Positions 22,826-32,101 are shown, counted from the first letter of the stretch. The stretch: DNA of 64,000 bases from an uncultured Pelagibacteraceae bacterium (GCA_902614655.1 CACMLX010000004.1:2930-66929); one strand, 5' to 3'. Program-made: numbers and translations. The notes: generated from the sequence alone by a model not told the origin.

Positions 22826-24093
22826 TATGCAGCCTTAGTCTTTTTAAGTTGCTCTTCTATTTCATCTCTAAAATGCCTAAACAAACCTTGAATTGGCCAT
22901 GCCGCAGCATCACCAAGCGCGCAAATTGTATGGCCTTCGATTTGCTTTGTTACATCAAGTAACTTATCAATATCATTTGAACTTGCACGACCGTTTCCAA
23001 TCTTCTCCATCATTCTCCACATCCACCCTGTTCCTTCTCTACAAGGCGTGCATTGACCGCAACTTTCGTGTTTATAAAAGTGAGATAGCTTAGAGATAGC
23101 TTTAACGAGGTCAGTGCTTTTATCCATTACGATTACAGCGGCTGTGCCTAACCCACTTTTGACTGCAGACAGTGAATCGAAATCCATCAGGACAGTATCG
23201 CAAGTTGATTTTGGTATAAGTGGAACAGATGAGCCTCCAGGAATTACAGCTTTAAGATTATCCCATCCACCAGTTACTCCTCCAGCATGCTTTTCTACAA
23301 GCTCCCTAAGAGGAATGCTCATTTCTTCCTCTATATTGCAAGGATTGTTAACATGACCAGAAATACAAAAAACTTTTGTCCCTGTATTTTTTGGTCGACC
23401 AAAAGATGAAAACCATTCTCCACCTCTTCTTAAAATCGTTGGAACAACAGCTATGGTTTCAACATTATTTACAGTAGTTGGCGATCCGTATAGACCTTTA
23501 TTAGCGGGAAAAGGAGGTTTGAGTCTTGGTTGGCCCTTTTTTCCCTCCAAGCTTTCAAGTAGAGCTGTCTCCTCACCACATATGTATGCTCCTGCGCCTC
23601 GATGTAAAAATATATCGAAATCCCAACCCGACTTAGCAGCATTTTTCCCAATTAACCCAGCGTCGTATGCTTCGTCAATCGCTTTTTGAAGAACAACAGC
23701 TTCATTAAAATATTCACCGCGAATATAAATGTAACAAGTATGAGCATTCATAGCAAAAGATGCTAACAAACATCCTTCAATAAGCTTATGAGGCTCATTT
23801 CGTATCATATCTCTATCTTTACAGGTACCTGGTTCAGACTCATCTGCATTAACAACAAGGTAATTAGTAAGCTTTGAATCTTTAGGCATAAATGACCATT
23901 TTAATCCGGTAGGGAAACCTGCACCTCCTCTTCCCCTTAACTCAGATTTTTTCATCTCATCAATTATCCATTCTCTTCCTTTTTTAATAAGTTCTTTTGT
24001 ATTATCCCAATCACCTCTTGCCTGTGCATTTTTTAAATGAAAAGGCTCATCGCCAAATAAATTAGTAAATATTTTATCTTTTTCTTTTAACAT
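22825..24093 (-). CDS. nuoF: NADH-quinone oxidoreductase subunit F
   Basis: [35 protein letters not shown]. Confidence 0.98.
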   Translation of the reverse strand: MLKEKDKIFTNLFGDEPFHLKNAQARGDWDNTKELIKKGREWIIDEMKKSELRGRGGAGFPTGLKWSFMPKDSKLTNYLVVNADESEPGTCKDRDMIRNEPHKLIEGCLLASFAMNAHTCYIYIRGEYFNEAVVLQKAIDEAYDAGLIGKNAAKSGWDFDIFLHRGAGAYICGEETALLESLEGKKGQPRLKPPFPANKGLYGSPTTVNNVETIAVVPTILRRGGEWFSSFGRPKNTGTKVFCISGHVNNPCNIEEEMSIPLRELVEKHAGGVTGGWDNLKAVIPGGSSVPLIPKSTCDTVLMDFDSLSAVKSGLGTAAVIVMDKSTDLVKAISKLSHFYKHESCGQCTPCREGTGWMWRMMEKIGNGRASSNDIDKLLDVTKQIEGHTICALGDAAAWPIQGLFRHFRDEIEEQLKKTKAA

Positions 24094-24650
24094 TAAGACA
24101 CTGCCTTTGAACTTTTACGGCCACTTTGTGAACCTATACTCAGTGGCGAGCCATCTATAAGAGATTGCAAAACGTTTTTTGTTGTATCGTAAGTCAAATC
24201 TTCATAATAATCGTCATTGATTTGAACAAGTGGAGCATTCACACAAGCACCAAGACACTCAACTTGCATCCATGAAAATAAACCATCGCTTGAGACTGTA
24301 TTTGGTTCTGGTGAAATAACTTCTTTGCACGCTTTTATAACTTGATCTGAACCCCTTAACCAACAAGGTGTTGTTCCACAAACTTGTACTAAATATTTTC
24401 CGTTATATTTTGTGTAATACATTGAATAAAAAGTAACTACTTCCCAAGCCTTAATAAAAGGCATTTCTAAGTAATCCGCTACATACTCAACTATATCCCT
24501 GCTCAACCAGTTTTCATTTTGTCTTTGCGCTAAATCAAGCAAAGGCATGATTGCACTTTGCCTTCTATCAGTTGGATATTTAAGAAGAATTTCTTTTGCC
24601 TTAATTTCATTTTCCTTATTAAACACAAAGGCGTTTTTTTGATTGCTCAT
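24093..24650 (-). CDS. nuoE: NADH-quinone oxidoreductase subunit E
   Basis: CGTTPC and ECLGAC 2Fe-2S ligands. Confidence 0.97.
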   Translation of the reverse strand: MSNQKNAFVFNKENEIKAKEILLKYPTDRRQSAIMPLLDLAQRQNENWLSRDIVEYVADYLEMPFIKAWEVVTFYSMYYTKYNGKYLVQVCGTTPCWLRGSDQVIKACKEVISPEPNTVSSDGLFSWMQVECLGACVNAPLVQINDDYYEDLTYDTTKNVLQSLIDGSPLSIGSQSGRKSSKAVS

Positions 24651-25819
24651 CTATCAACCTCACCGAAAACTATTGCAATTGATCCAAGAATTGCAGGGAC
24701 ATCTGCTAGAAGATGGCCTTTTGAGAGCAAATCAAATGCCTGCAAGTGAGCAAATCCAGGGGCTCTAATTTTACACCTATAAGGTCTGCTGGTTCCATCA
24801 GAAATTAAATATACCCCAAATTCACCTTTAGGAGCCTCAACGGCAGAATAGATTTCTCCTTCAGGTACATGAAAGCCTTCAGTAAAAAATTTAAAATGGT
24901 GGATTATGGCTTCCATTGATTGTTTCATATCTTCCCTTTTGGGTGCTGCAATTTTGGAATCTCTATTGATCACTTCTCCTTTAGGCATCTGATCAAGACA
25001 TTGAAGCATGATTTTCGTACTTTCTCTCATTTCTTCAATCTGACATAGATAACGGTCATAACAATCACCGTTTTGACCAACTGGAACTTTGAATTCAAGT
25101 TTGTCGTAACAATCATACGGTTGGGACTTTCTTAAATCCCATGGTACACCGCATGCTCTTAATATGAATCCGCTAAAACCACGATCAACAGCATCTTCCT
25201 TTGATACTTTGCCAATATTTACATTTCGTTGTTTAAATATTCTATTTTCAGTCAACATGCTTTCAATATCATCAATTGCTTTTGGGAAATTATTACAAAA
25301 ATTAAATATCTTATCAGTTAACCCGTCTGGAAGATCTTGATGAACACCACCTGCTCGAAAATAGGCTGCATGAAATCTCGATCCAGATACTTCCTCGTAA
25401 AAATCTAATAGCTTTTCTCTTTCATCAAAACCCCATGTGATTGGTGTCATAGCTCCCACATCCATCGCTGTTGTGGTAACATTTAGAAGGTGGCTTAAGA
25501 GACGTCCAATTTCGGCAAATAGAACCCTAATATATTGTCCTCTCAAAGGCACTTCTACATTTAGCAATTTTTCTATTGCTAATGCAAAAGCATGCTCCTG
25601 GTTCATGGGTGCAACATAATCCAATCTGTCAAAATATGGTATTGCTTGAAGATAAGTTTTATGTTCGATAAGTTTTTCAGTGCCCCTATGTAAAAGCCCG
25701 ATGTGCGGGTCAGCCCTTTCTACAATTTCTCCATCTAGATCAAGAATGAGTCTCAAAACGCCATGTGCTGCGGGGTGTACTGGTCCAAAATTAACAGTTA
25801 CAGTTTTATTATTACTCAC
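24647..25819 (-). CDS. nuoD: NADH-quinone oxidoreductase subunit D
   Basis: [33 protein letters not shown]. Confidence 0.97.
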   Translation of the reverse strand: MSNNKTVTVNFGPVHPAAHGVLRLILDLDGEIVERADPHIGLLHRGTEKLIEHKTYLQAIPYFDRLDYVAPMNQEHAFALAIEKLLNVEVPLRGQYIRVLFAEIGRLLSHLLNVTTTAMDVGAMTPITWGFDEREKLLDFYEEVSGSRFHAAYFRAGGVHQDLPDGLTDKIFNFCNNFPKAIDDIESMLTENRIFKQRNVNIGKVSKEDAVDRGFSGFILRACGVPWDLRKSQPYDCYDKLEFKVPVGQNGDCYDRYLCQIEEMRESTKIMLQCLDQMPKGEVINRDSKIAAPKREDMKQSMEAIIHHFKFFTEGFHVPEGEIYSAVEAPKGEFGVYLISDGTSRPYRCKIRAPGFAHLQAFDLLSKGHLLADVPAILGSIAIVFGEVDR

Positions 25820-26405
25820 TTTCTTTTGCTTCCTTATCTAAATACTTTGTTCCTTCCCAGGGACTTTGAATGTCAAAATTTCTAAAATCTTGCTGTAGCT
25901 TAACAGGCTCGTGAACTATTTTTTTATCAATTTCGTCATATCTGATTTCGACATTACCTGTTAATGGAAAGTCTTTACGTAGAGGATATCCCTCAAAACC
26001 GTAATCAGTTAAAATTCTTCTTAAATCAGGATGATCCGTGAAAGTTATTCCATACATGTCAAATGCTTCTCTCTCAAACCAATTAGCTGCAGGAAAGATT
26101 GATGTTATGCTGGGCAAGGACTCCACTTCACTTATCTGGGTTTTTACTCTTAACCGTAAATTAAACCTAAAACTCAAAAAATGATAAATAACTTTAAATC
26201 TTTTTTCATTTTCTGGAAAATCCACTCCAGCAATATCTGTAATTTGCTTAAATTCACAGCTTGGATCATTCTTAACAAAATCAATAACCAGTATTAAATT
26301 CGCTGGATCAACCGATAGCTGTAACTGTCCTAAATTTACATCTATATCATTCAATTTACAGTTTTTTTCAATGGCAGCTTTTGCCATTTCAATTTGCTCG
26401 CTCAT
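25812..26405 (-). CDS. nuoC: NADH-quinone oxidoreductase subunit C (start moved to ATG 26405)
   Basis: [27 protein letters not shown]; ATG overlaps the nuoB stop (TAATG). Confidence 0.95.
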   Translation of the reverse strand: MSEQIEMAKAAIEKNCKLNDIDVNLGQLQLSVDPANLILVIDFVKNDPSCEFKQITDIAGVDFPENEKRFKVIYHFLSFRFNLRLRVKTQISEVESLPSITSIFPAANWFEREAFDMYGITFTDHPDLRRILTDYGFEGYPLRKDFPLTGNVEIRYDEIDKKIVHEPVKLQQDFRNFDIQSPWEGTKYLDKEAKESE

Positions 26406-26926
26406 TATCTTTTGATGTTGCCTTCTCTTCTTATTTTTTTCTGTAACTGTAATAATCCATAAAGCAAGCCTTCTGCTGTAGGCGGACACCCTGGCACGTA
26501 AACATCGACAGGTATTATTCGATCACAACCTCTAACAACAGAATATGAGTAGTGATAATACCCTCCACCATTCGCACAACTTCCCATGGAAATAACATAT
26601 CGAGGTTCTGGCATCTGATCGTAAGCTTTTCTTAATGCCGCTGCCATTTTATTTGTCAACGTACCTGCCACTATAAGAACGTCTGCATGTCTTGGTGATG
26701 CTCTTGGAGCTGCGCCAAAACGCTCAACATCGTAGCGCGGTGTTCCTACATGCATCATTTCGACAGCACAACAAGCTAATCCAAATGTCATCCAATGCAG
26801 AGAGCCTGTTCGAGCCCAGTTAATAAGGTTATTGATACTGGTGACAACAAACCCCTTATCAGCATACAACTTCTTTAGTCTTTCTAGTTCCGGACTTGTC
26901 TCTTCAATGTTTGTATTTATTGCCAC
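26405..26926 (-). CDS. nuoB: NADH-quinone oxidoreductase subunit B (probable GTG start at 26926)
   Basis: [23 protein letters not shown]; AGGAG upstream of the GTG, which overlaps the end of nuoA. Confidence 0.93.
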   Translation of the reverse strand: MAINTNIEETSPELERLKKLYADKGFVVTSINNLINWARTGSLHWMTFGLACCAVEMMHVGTPRYDVERFGAAPRASPRHADVLIVAGTLTNKMAAALRKAYDQMPEPRYVISMGSCANGGGYYHYSYSVVRGCDRIIPVDVYVPGCPPTAEGLLYGLLQLQKKIRREGNIKR

Positions 26927-27282
26927 TCCAATGCTCCTTTTTTCCACTCGTATATGAAACCAATTGTTAGTATAGCTAGGAAAACCATCATTGAAACAAA
27001 GCCAAATACGCCCAAAGTTCCAAATGTAACAGCCCAAGGAAATAGAAACGCGACTTCTAGGTCAAAAATAATAAAAAGTAATGTGACTAAATAGAAACGA
27101 ACATCAAACTTCATTCTAGAGTCTCCAAACTGCTCAAATCCGCACTCATAGGCAGAATTCTTTTCAGGATCAGGGTTGTTTACTGCAACTAAGAAATTTG
27201 CCAAAACAAATAGACAGCTAATCGCTAACGCGACAAACATAAAAATTAGTATTGGCAAATAATCAGCTATCGCTATGTCCAT
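26917..27282 (-). CDS. nuoA: NADH-quinone oxidoreductase subunit A
   Basis: [28 protein letters not shown]. Confidence 0.97.
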   Translation of the reverse strand: MDIAIADYLPILIFMFVALAISCLFVLANFLVAVNNPDPEKNSAYECGFEQFGDSRMKFDVRFYLVTLLFIIFDLEVAFLFPWAVTFGTLGVFGFVSMMVFLAILTIGFIYEWKKGALEWQ

Positions 27283-27621
27283 ATTTTAGAATCGTATTAG
27301 TGTCATCGAAAATATATATTCAAATCATTCGAAAACAATAGAAAATATGGGAAAAATTGTGCTTCCGACCGTTAGCGATTAATTTTTAAGGAAATTTACC
27401 TAAATTTATAAAAGAACAGAGTAAAATTAAATTAACATATTCGAAAATATACAAAAAAATGTAAAATTTCCTAATTTTTCAACGGTATTTGACCTTTGAT
27501 CAGTGACTTTTAACATCAATTAAACTCTCAAAAAATTTAGTGAGTATCTGTATACACTTAATTTGCTGGTAAATAGCCATATAATAGTTTTGAATTAGAA
27601 TAATCAATAAAATTAGGAAAT

Positions 27622-28539
27622 ATGAATAATAATTTCAAATTAATCGCAGATAACCTTCACTTTTCTGAAGGTCCAAGATGGAAAGATAGCAAACTTTGGT
27701 TCTCAGATTTTTACCATCATGCTGTGATGACCGCAGATGAGGTGGGAAATGTCGAAAAAATAGTCGATGTACCTAATCAACCGTCTGGCCTGGGGTGGTT
27801 GCCAAATGGTGATCTCATTATTGTCTCTATGCTCGATAGAAAACTACTAAAGTTTAAAGATGGCAATCTTACTGAGCATTCAGATATGTCAAAACTTACG
27901 CCTTTTAGGTGCAATGACATGGTGGTCGACAAAAACGGTAATGCCTATGTTGGTAATTTTGGATCAATACATCACGGAAAAGATATAAAGCCAACTATTC
28001 TGATAAAGGTCGATCCTGATGGAAACGCCTCAATTGCTGCTTCAAATTTAGACTTTCCAAATGGAACTGTAATTACACCTGATGGTAAAAAACTTATTAT
28101 TGGCGAAACCTATGCGGGAAGACTTACTGCATTTGATATAGATAAAGATGGTGATCTTTCTAATCGGAGAGTATGGGCTTATATGATGCCTAATCTATTT
28201 TATTACTACACAAAAACTATGCGTTTTTTAAAAATTACTCCAAAAGAAGGTAAAGGAATACCTTACCCTGTCCCAGATGGTATTTGTTTGGATGAAAAGA
28301 TGGGTATCTGGATAGCTTCTCCAACTACCTCAGAAGTGGTTAGGTATGAAGAAGGTGGAAAAATAACAGATAGGATTGCTACTCCAAATAGAGCATATGC
28401 ATGCATGTTGGGCGGATCAAACGGCAACACTTTGTTTGTATGTACTGCAGACGCTTCAGAGCCGGATGCAGCCAAAGCAATAAAATCAGGGAAAATTTAT
28501 TCTATTAGTGTAAATCACGCCAAAGCCGGATCGCCTTAG
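27622..28539 (+). CDS. SMP-30/gluconolactonase/LRE-family beta-propeller lactonase
   Basis: FSEGPRW, CNDMVVD, FPNG, PDGICLD metal-ligand motifs. Confidence 0.88.
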   Translation: MNNNFKLIADNLHFSEGPRWKDSKLWFSDFYHHAVMTADEVGNVEKIVDVPNQPSGLGWLPNGDLIIVSMLDRKLLKFKDGNLTEHSDMSKLTPFRCNDMVVDKNGNAYVGNFGSIHHGKDIKPTILIKVDPDGNASIAASNLDFPNGTVITPDGKKLIIGETYAGRLTAFDIDKDGDLSNRRVWAYMMPNLFYYYTKTMRFLKITPKEGKGIPYPVPDGICLDEKMGIWIASPTTSEVVRYEEGGKITDRIATPNRAYACMLGGSNGNTLFVCTADASEPDAAKAIKSGKIYSISVNHAKAGSP

Positions 28540-29153
28540 TGAAATACCAAATTTATGGCAGATCAGAAACGGGTTCTGATATAATTGAGTATCTTTTTCA
28601 TGAGCTTTCAATTGATTATGAGTTTATTGAGGTTGATGAAAAAAATGTTAAAAGCGATGAAAAAATATTAAAAATCAATCCCCTCGGAAGAGTTCCAATG
28701 GTGAAACTACCAGATGGAAAATTTTTAATTGAGAGCTTAGCTATTGTATATCACTTGCTTAAAAGGGAAAATCACCTGCTACCTAGTACAGAAACTGAAA
28801 TGAATGAGTTTCATCAAATCATGGCTTTTATGTCTTCATCGTTTTACCCAATTATTCTACTTTTTTATCATCCAGATCATTACGTTTCAGATAAAAACTC
28901 AGAGGATTTAATAACTAAATCGCAGAATATTTTGCATCGATATTTAAATTTTATTGAAGATAAAATAGGAGAATTTGTAATTGGAAATGAATTGTCTGCA
29001 GCTGATTTTTACTTGTTCACATTACTATTCTGGTTAGAGGAGGATCATTTTCTTGAAAATTACCCAAAAATACAAAATTTCTACAATAAAATGTTAGAGA
29101 ATCAGACAATAATAAAAGTGAGGAATATACAAAATGAGAGAAAGACAGTTTAA
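28539..29153 (+). CDS. Glutathione S-transferase family protein
   Basis: INPLGRVP, LIESLAI, LSAADFY. Confidence 0.88.
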   Translation: MKYQIYGRSETGSDIIEYLFHELSIDYEFIEVDEKNVKSDEKILKINPLGRVPMVKLPDGKFLIESLAIVYHLLKRENHLLPSTETEMNEFHQIMAFMSSSFYPIILLFYHPDHYVSDKNSEDLITKSQNILHRYLNFIEDKIGEFVIGNELSAADFYLFTLLFWLEEDHFLENYPKIQNFYNKMLENQTIIKVRNIQNERKTV

Positions 29154-29721
29154 AAAATTTTTTATCGTATACGGTCATTACGACGATAACTCTTTTAATG
29201 CCGCAATAAGAGACACATTTATTGAAAGCGCAAAGAAAGCTGGACATTCAGTGGATATGGTTGACTTATATAAAGAAAAATTTGATCCTGTATTTGCTGG
29301 AGGTAATCCTGGACCAGATGTTTTGGATCATCGAAGAAGGATAGAACAAAGCGATACAATTGTATTAATTGCTCCAATATGGAATTTTAGAATGCCCGCA
29401 ATCCTGGAGGGTTGGATCGATAAAGTTTTAGCTCCTCCATGGGCATTTACTTTTAAACAGCTGGTTGGCAACTATGGTTACCCTCAAGGTAATCTAGGTA
29501 ACAAAAAAGCAATAATATTTTGCACATATGGCTCCCCTCGATTGGCAATAACTACATTCTTTCTCAATTTGCCAATTAGACGCTTGAAAAGGGGTGTTTT
29601 TCACATATGTGGTATAAAAAGCATTCTTTACAAAAGATACTTTGCGGTACCCTTTGTTGCTGACAAAGTCAGAAAAAAATTTCTAAAGGATGTGAAAGAT
29701 ACAGCGACTCTATTTCAATAG
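29134..29721 (+). CDS. Flavodoxin-like NAD(P)H-dependent (quinone) oxidoreductase
   Basis: GH..SFN, DLYKEKFDP, PIWNFRMPAILEGWIDKV (Flavodoxin_2 type). Confidence 0.85.
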   Translation: MRERQFKKFFIVYGHYDDNSFNAAIRDTFIESAKKAGHSVDMVDLYKEKFDPVFAGGNPGPDVLDHRRRIEQSDTIVLIAPIWNFRMPAILEGWIDKVLAPPWAFTFKQLVGNYGYPQGNLGNKKAIIFCTYGSPRLAITTFFLNLPIRRLKRGVFHICGIKSILYKRYFAVPFVADKVRKKFLKDVKDTATLFQ

Positions 29722-29728
29722 GAATTAA

Positions 29729-30037
29729 GTGAAGAAGATAATAGACATATTTAAAAGTTTTTGGTCGCCCATAATGGACTCAAATGTGAATCCATTAAAA
29801 AATATAACAAATCTTAAAATTCGTCATATGGTCATGCAAATTCTAGCATTTATGTGGAGTGGTGTATTTTCACTTTATATCGTTGACAGTGTTTTTGTGT
29901 TTGGTTTTACTGCAATTGCCCACGCTTTATTAATTGCTGCACTTTTTATAACAATGTTCGTATTTTTCACAGCTGAAAAAAAACCTCAAATTTATGACTT
30001 AAAATTTTTCAGAGGCAAAGACGGTGAGCACGAGTAA
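29729..30037 (+). CDS. Hypothetical 2-TM membrane protein
   Basis: AGGA SD plus GTG start, two hydrophobic helices, operonic spacing. Confidence 0.75.
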   Translation: MKKIIDIFKSFWSPIMDSNVNPLKNITNLKIRHMVMQILAFMWSGVFSLYIVDSVFVFGFTAIAHALLIAALFITMFVFFTAEKKPQIYDLKFFRGKDGEHE

Positions 30038-30045
30038 TTTAACTA

Positions 30046-30921
30046 ATGAGGATTGTAAGCCTAACTCCAAGTGCTAGTGAAATAATATTCGAACTGGGTC
30101 TAGGTTCTAGTTTGGTCGGCGTTAGTCATGAATGTAATTTTCCAACTGAAGTCAACAAACTAGAAAAATTATCGAGTTCGTCAATTAACCCTCATGGATC
30201 TCAGAGCGATATTGACTTTCAAGTGCGTGAAACACTTCAAACTAACGATTCCCTTTATCAAATAAATACTGAACGTTTAAATGATTTAAAGCCTGACTTC
30301 ATTATTACCCAGGGTATATGCGATGTCTGCTCCATATCCAGTAGTCAAATCGAAGTTGAATTAAAAGGAACTTTATGCACCTTGCCTTCATCGACAAAAA
30401 TAATTTCTTTAATTGGAAGAACGTTTGATGGAATCTGTGACGATATAATAATGCTAGGAAATAAACTTAATTCAATAATCTCAGCAAAAAATCACATAGA
30501 TAAAGCTCGAGAAAAAAGAGAAAGACTTAAACGTCAAACAAAGTATGATCACCGAATTCTTTGTTTAGAATGGATAGACCCTTATTTTTCTGCTGGTCAT
30601 TGGGTTCCAGAACAAATTGAATTAGCTGGCTTTAACTCAGCAATTGGACAAACAGGTGACCAATCAAGAATTTTGTCTGCTGATGAAATAGTCGATTCAG
30701 ATCCATATGCGATTGCCTTAATTTGCTGTGGCTATAATCTTGAGCAAAATTTGACTTTTTCATCACAATTATTTCATGACGATCGATTAAATCACCTGAA
30801 TCCATTTAAAGAAAACCGAGTATATTCATTTGATGCTGATTCCTATTTTAGTCGTCCTACTACAAGAATACTTGAAGGATCAATTCAACTTAGAAGTCAA
30901 ATTTTAGGTAATCAAATATAA
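30046..30921 (+). CDS. BtuF-like (cobalamin/Fe-siderophore-binding fold) protein without signal peptide
   Basis: MRIVSLTPSASE, GVSHEC, LKPDFIITQ..C.VC, LEWIDP..GHWVPE, YFSRP. Confidence 0.8.
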   Translation: MRIVSLTPSASEIIFELGLGSSLVGVSHECNFPTEVNKLEKLSSSSINPHGSQSDIDFQVRETLQTNDSLYQINTERLNDLKPDFIITQGICDVCSISSSQIEVELKGTLCTLPSSTKIISLIGRTFDGICDDIIMLGNKLNSIISAKNHIDKAREKRERLKRQTKYDHRILCLEWIDPYFSAGHWVPEQIELAGFNSAIGQTGDQSRILSADEIVDSDPYAIALICCGYNLEQNLTFSSQLFHDDRLNHLNPFKENRVYSFDADSYFSRPTTRILEGSIQLRSQILGNQI

Positions 30922-31328
30922 ATTTTATTTGACAATCCAAGAATTAAGATAATTGACGATATAAGTGTAAATGTATTGACCGCCAAGTCAGTTACTGAAT
31001 TTTTGGTACCTTTATCATTATCAACTTTTTTGAGAAAAACGGCCGCGTCATAAACAGAGAGAATTACAAAGTTTATAAAGATTAAGTTATAGTAAACCCA
31101 TGCCCCCTCTGGCCCATTCGGTCGAAAAATCAAATAAATACCAATCAAAAAAAATGGTGCCACAAATGTTCCAAGGACCCTAACTATATACACACTACTC
31201 TGATCCATATTAAACTCCTTAACCATCCCCTCAGGCTTAAAAAGTGCTCTGAAAGTATAAATGCCAAATAACGCTGTCATTAAAATATGAAGTATGAGTA
31301 AATATAAATGTTCAAAATTTTCAATCAT
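30912..31328 (-). CDS. Hypothetical ~4-TM membrane protein
   Basis: 138-aa ORF with four hydrophobic segments; no recognised motif. Confidence 0.7.
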   Translation of the reverse strand: MIENFEHLYLLILHILMTALFGIYTFRALFKPEGMVKEFNMDQSSVYIVRVLGTFVAPFFLIGIYLIFRPNGPEGAWVYYNLIFINFVILSVYDAAVFLKKVDNDKGTKNSVTDLAVNTFTLISSIILILGLSNKIYI

Positions 31329-31363
31329 AAGTTAATACTGTGGGATTCTTTTAAAAAAATCAA

Positions 31364-31441
31364 TGGCGGGAGTGACGGGACTCGAACCCGCGACCTCCTG
31401 CGTGACAGGCAGGCGCTCTAACCAGACTGAGCTACACCCCC
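31364..31441 (-). tRNA. tRNA-Asp(GTC)
   Basis: GGGGGTGTAGCTCAG...CTGTCAC...GTTCGAGTCCCGTCACTCCCGCCA cloverleaf with encoded CCA. Confidence 0.97.
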
Positions 31442-31474
31442 ACAGTTAAATTTTTTCCATCTCGTGGGAGGAAA

Positions 31475-31550
31475 TGGTGGGCGATGAGAGGTTCGAACTC
31501 CCGACATTCACGGTGTAAACGTGACGCTCTTCCAGCTGAGCTAATCGCCC
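31475..31550 (-). tRNA. tRNA-Val(TAC)
   Basis: GGGCGATTAGCTCAG...TTTACAC...GTTCGAACCTCTCATCGCCCACCA. Confidence 0.97.
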
Positions 31551-31598
31551 GGAAAGACTGTTATATATCTATTTTAGTGAATATTCACAGATATTTAT

Positions 31599-31641
31599 AA
31601 AAAAAATCCGACCACGCTTTGTTTAAGAGTGATCGGATTTT
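31599..31641 (-). terminator. Rho-independent terminator after hup
   Basis: AAAATCCGA..CAC/GTG..TCGGATTTT stem followed by a U-run on the minus strand. Confidence 0.75.
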
Positions 31642-31667
31642 AAATAATTTAGTCAGCAGTTAAGGAA

Positions 31668-31961
31668 CTACATTCCTCCACCGCCAGCATTATTAACAGC
31701 TTCTTTCAAACCTTTACCTGCAGTAAACTTAGGTCTAGTTGACTCAGGGATTTGAATAACCTCATTGGTACGTGGATTTCGCCCTTGAGATGCTTTTCTA
31801 ATTGATGTTTTGAATGTGCCAAAGCCCACCAATCTTACTTCTCCTCTTGCTTTAAGAACATCAGTAATTTGGTCAAAAACTGCATTTACTGCCTTTTCTG
31901 AGTCAGATTTTTGCATACCTGTAACATCAGCTACTTTTGCTATTAAGTCTTGTTTGTTCAT
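31668..31961 (-). CDS. hupB: HU DNA-binding protein
   Basis: MNKQDLI, VRLVGFGTF, GRNPRT, PKFTAGK; follows lon. Confidence 0.93.
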   Translation of the reverse strand: MNKQDLIAKVADVTGMQKSDSEKAVNAVFDQITDVLKARGEVRLVGFGTFKTSIRKASQGRNPRTNEVIQIPESTRPKFTAGKGLKEAVNNAGGGGM

Positions 31962-32101
31962 AACCCCCCCCTTTTTTTTAGGAGTTTTTGATTCGTAATA
32001 TAACTATGAGACCTGAACTACTATATATAGTCAAGAAAAAGCCCAAGAAAACTGCTAAAAATTAAAATTTAGGTATCTTTATTCAAGAAAATATAATTGA
32101 A

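Noticed and set aside
26406-27037. Long N-terminal extensions of NuoC (to 26489) and NuoB (to 27037) in the ORF track
   Set aside because: They overlap nuoB/nuoA coding sequence; coupled starts at 26405 and 26926 fit better
27283-31363. Prophage/ICE integrated at tRNA-Asp
   Set aside because: No integrase, phage genes or duplicated tRNA 3' end (att) seen
31577-31588. 12-bp palindrome GTGAATATTCAC upstream of tRNA-Val (similarly TGTTTATAAACA at 35990-36001)
   Set aside because: Short AT-rich palindromes are expected by chance; there is no second copy or known consensus
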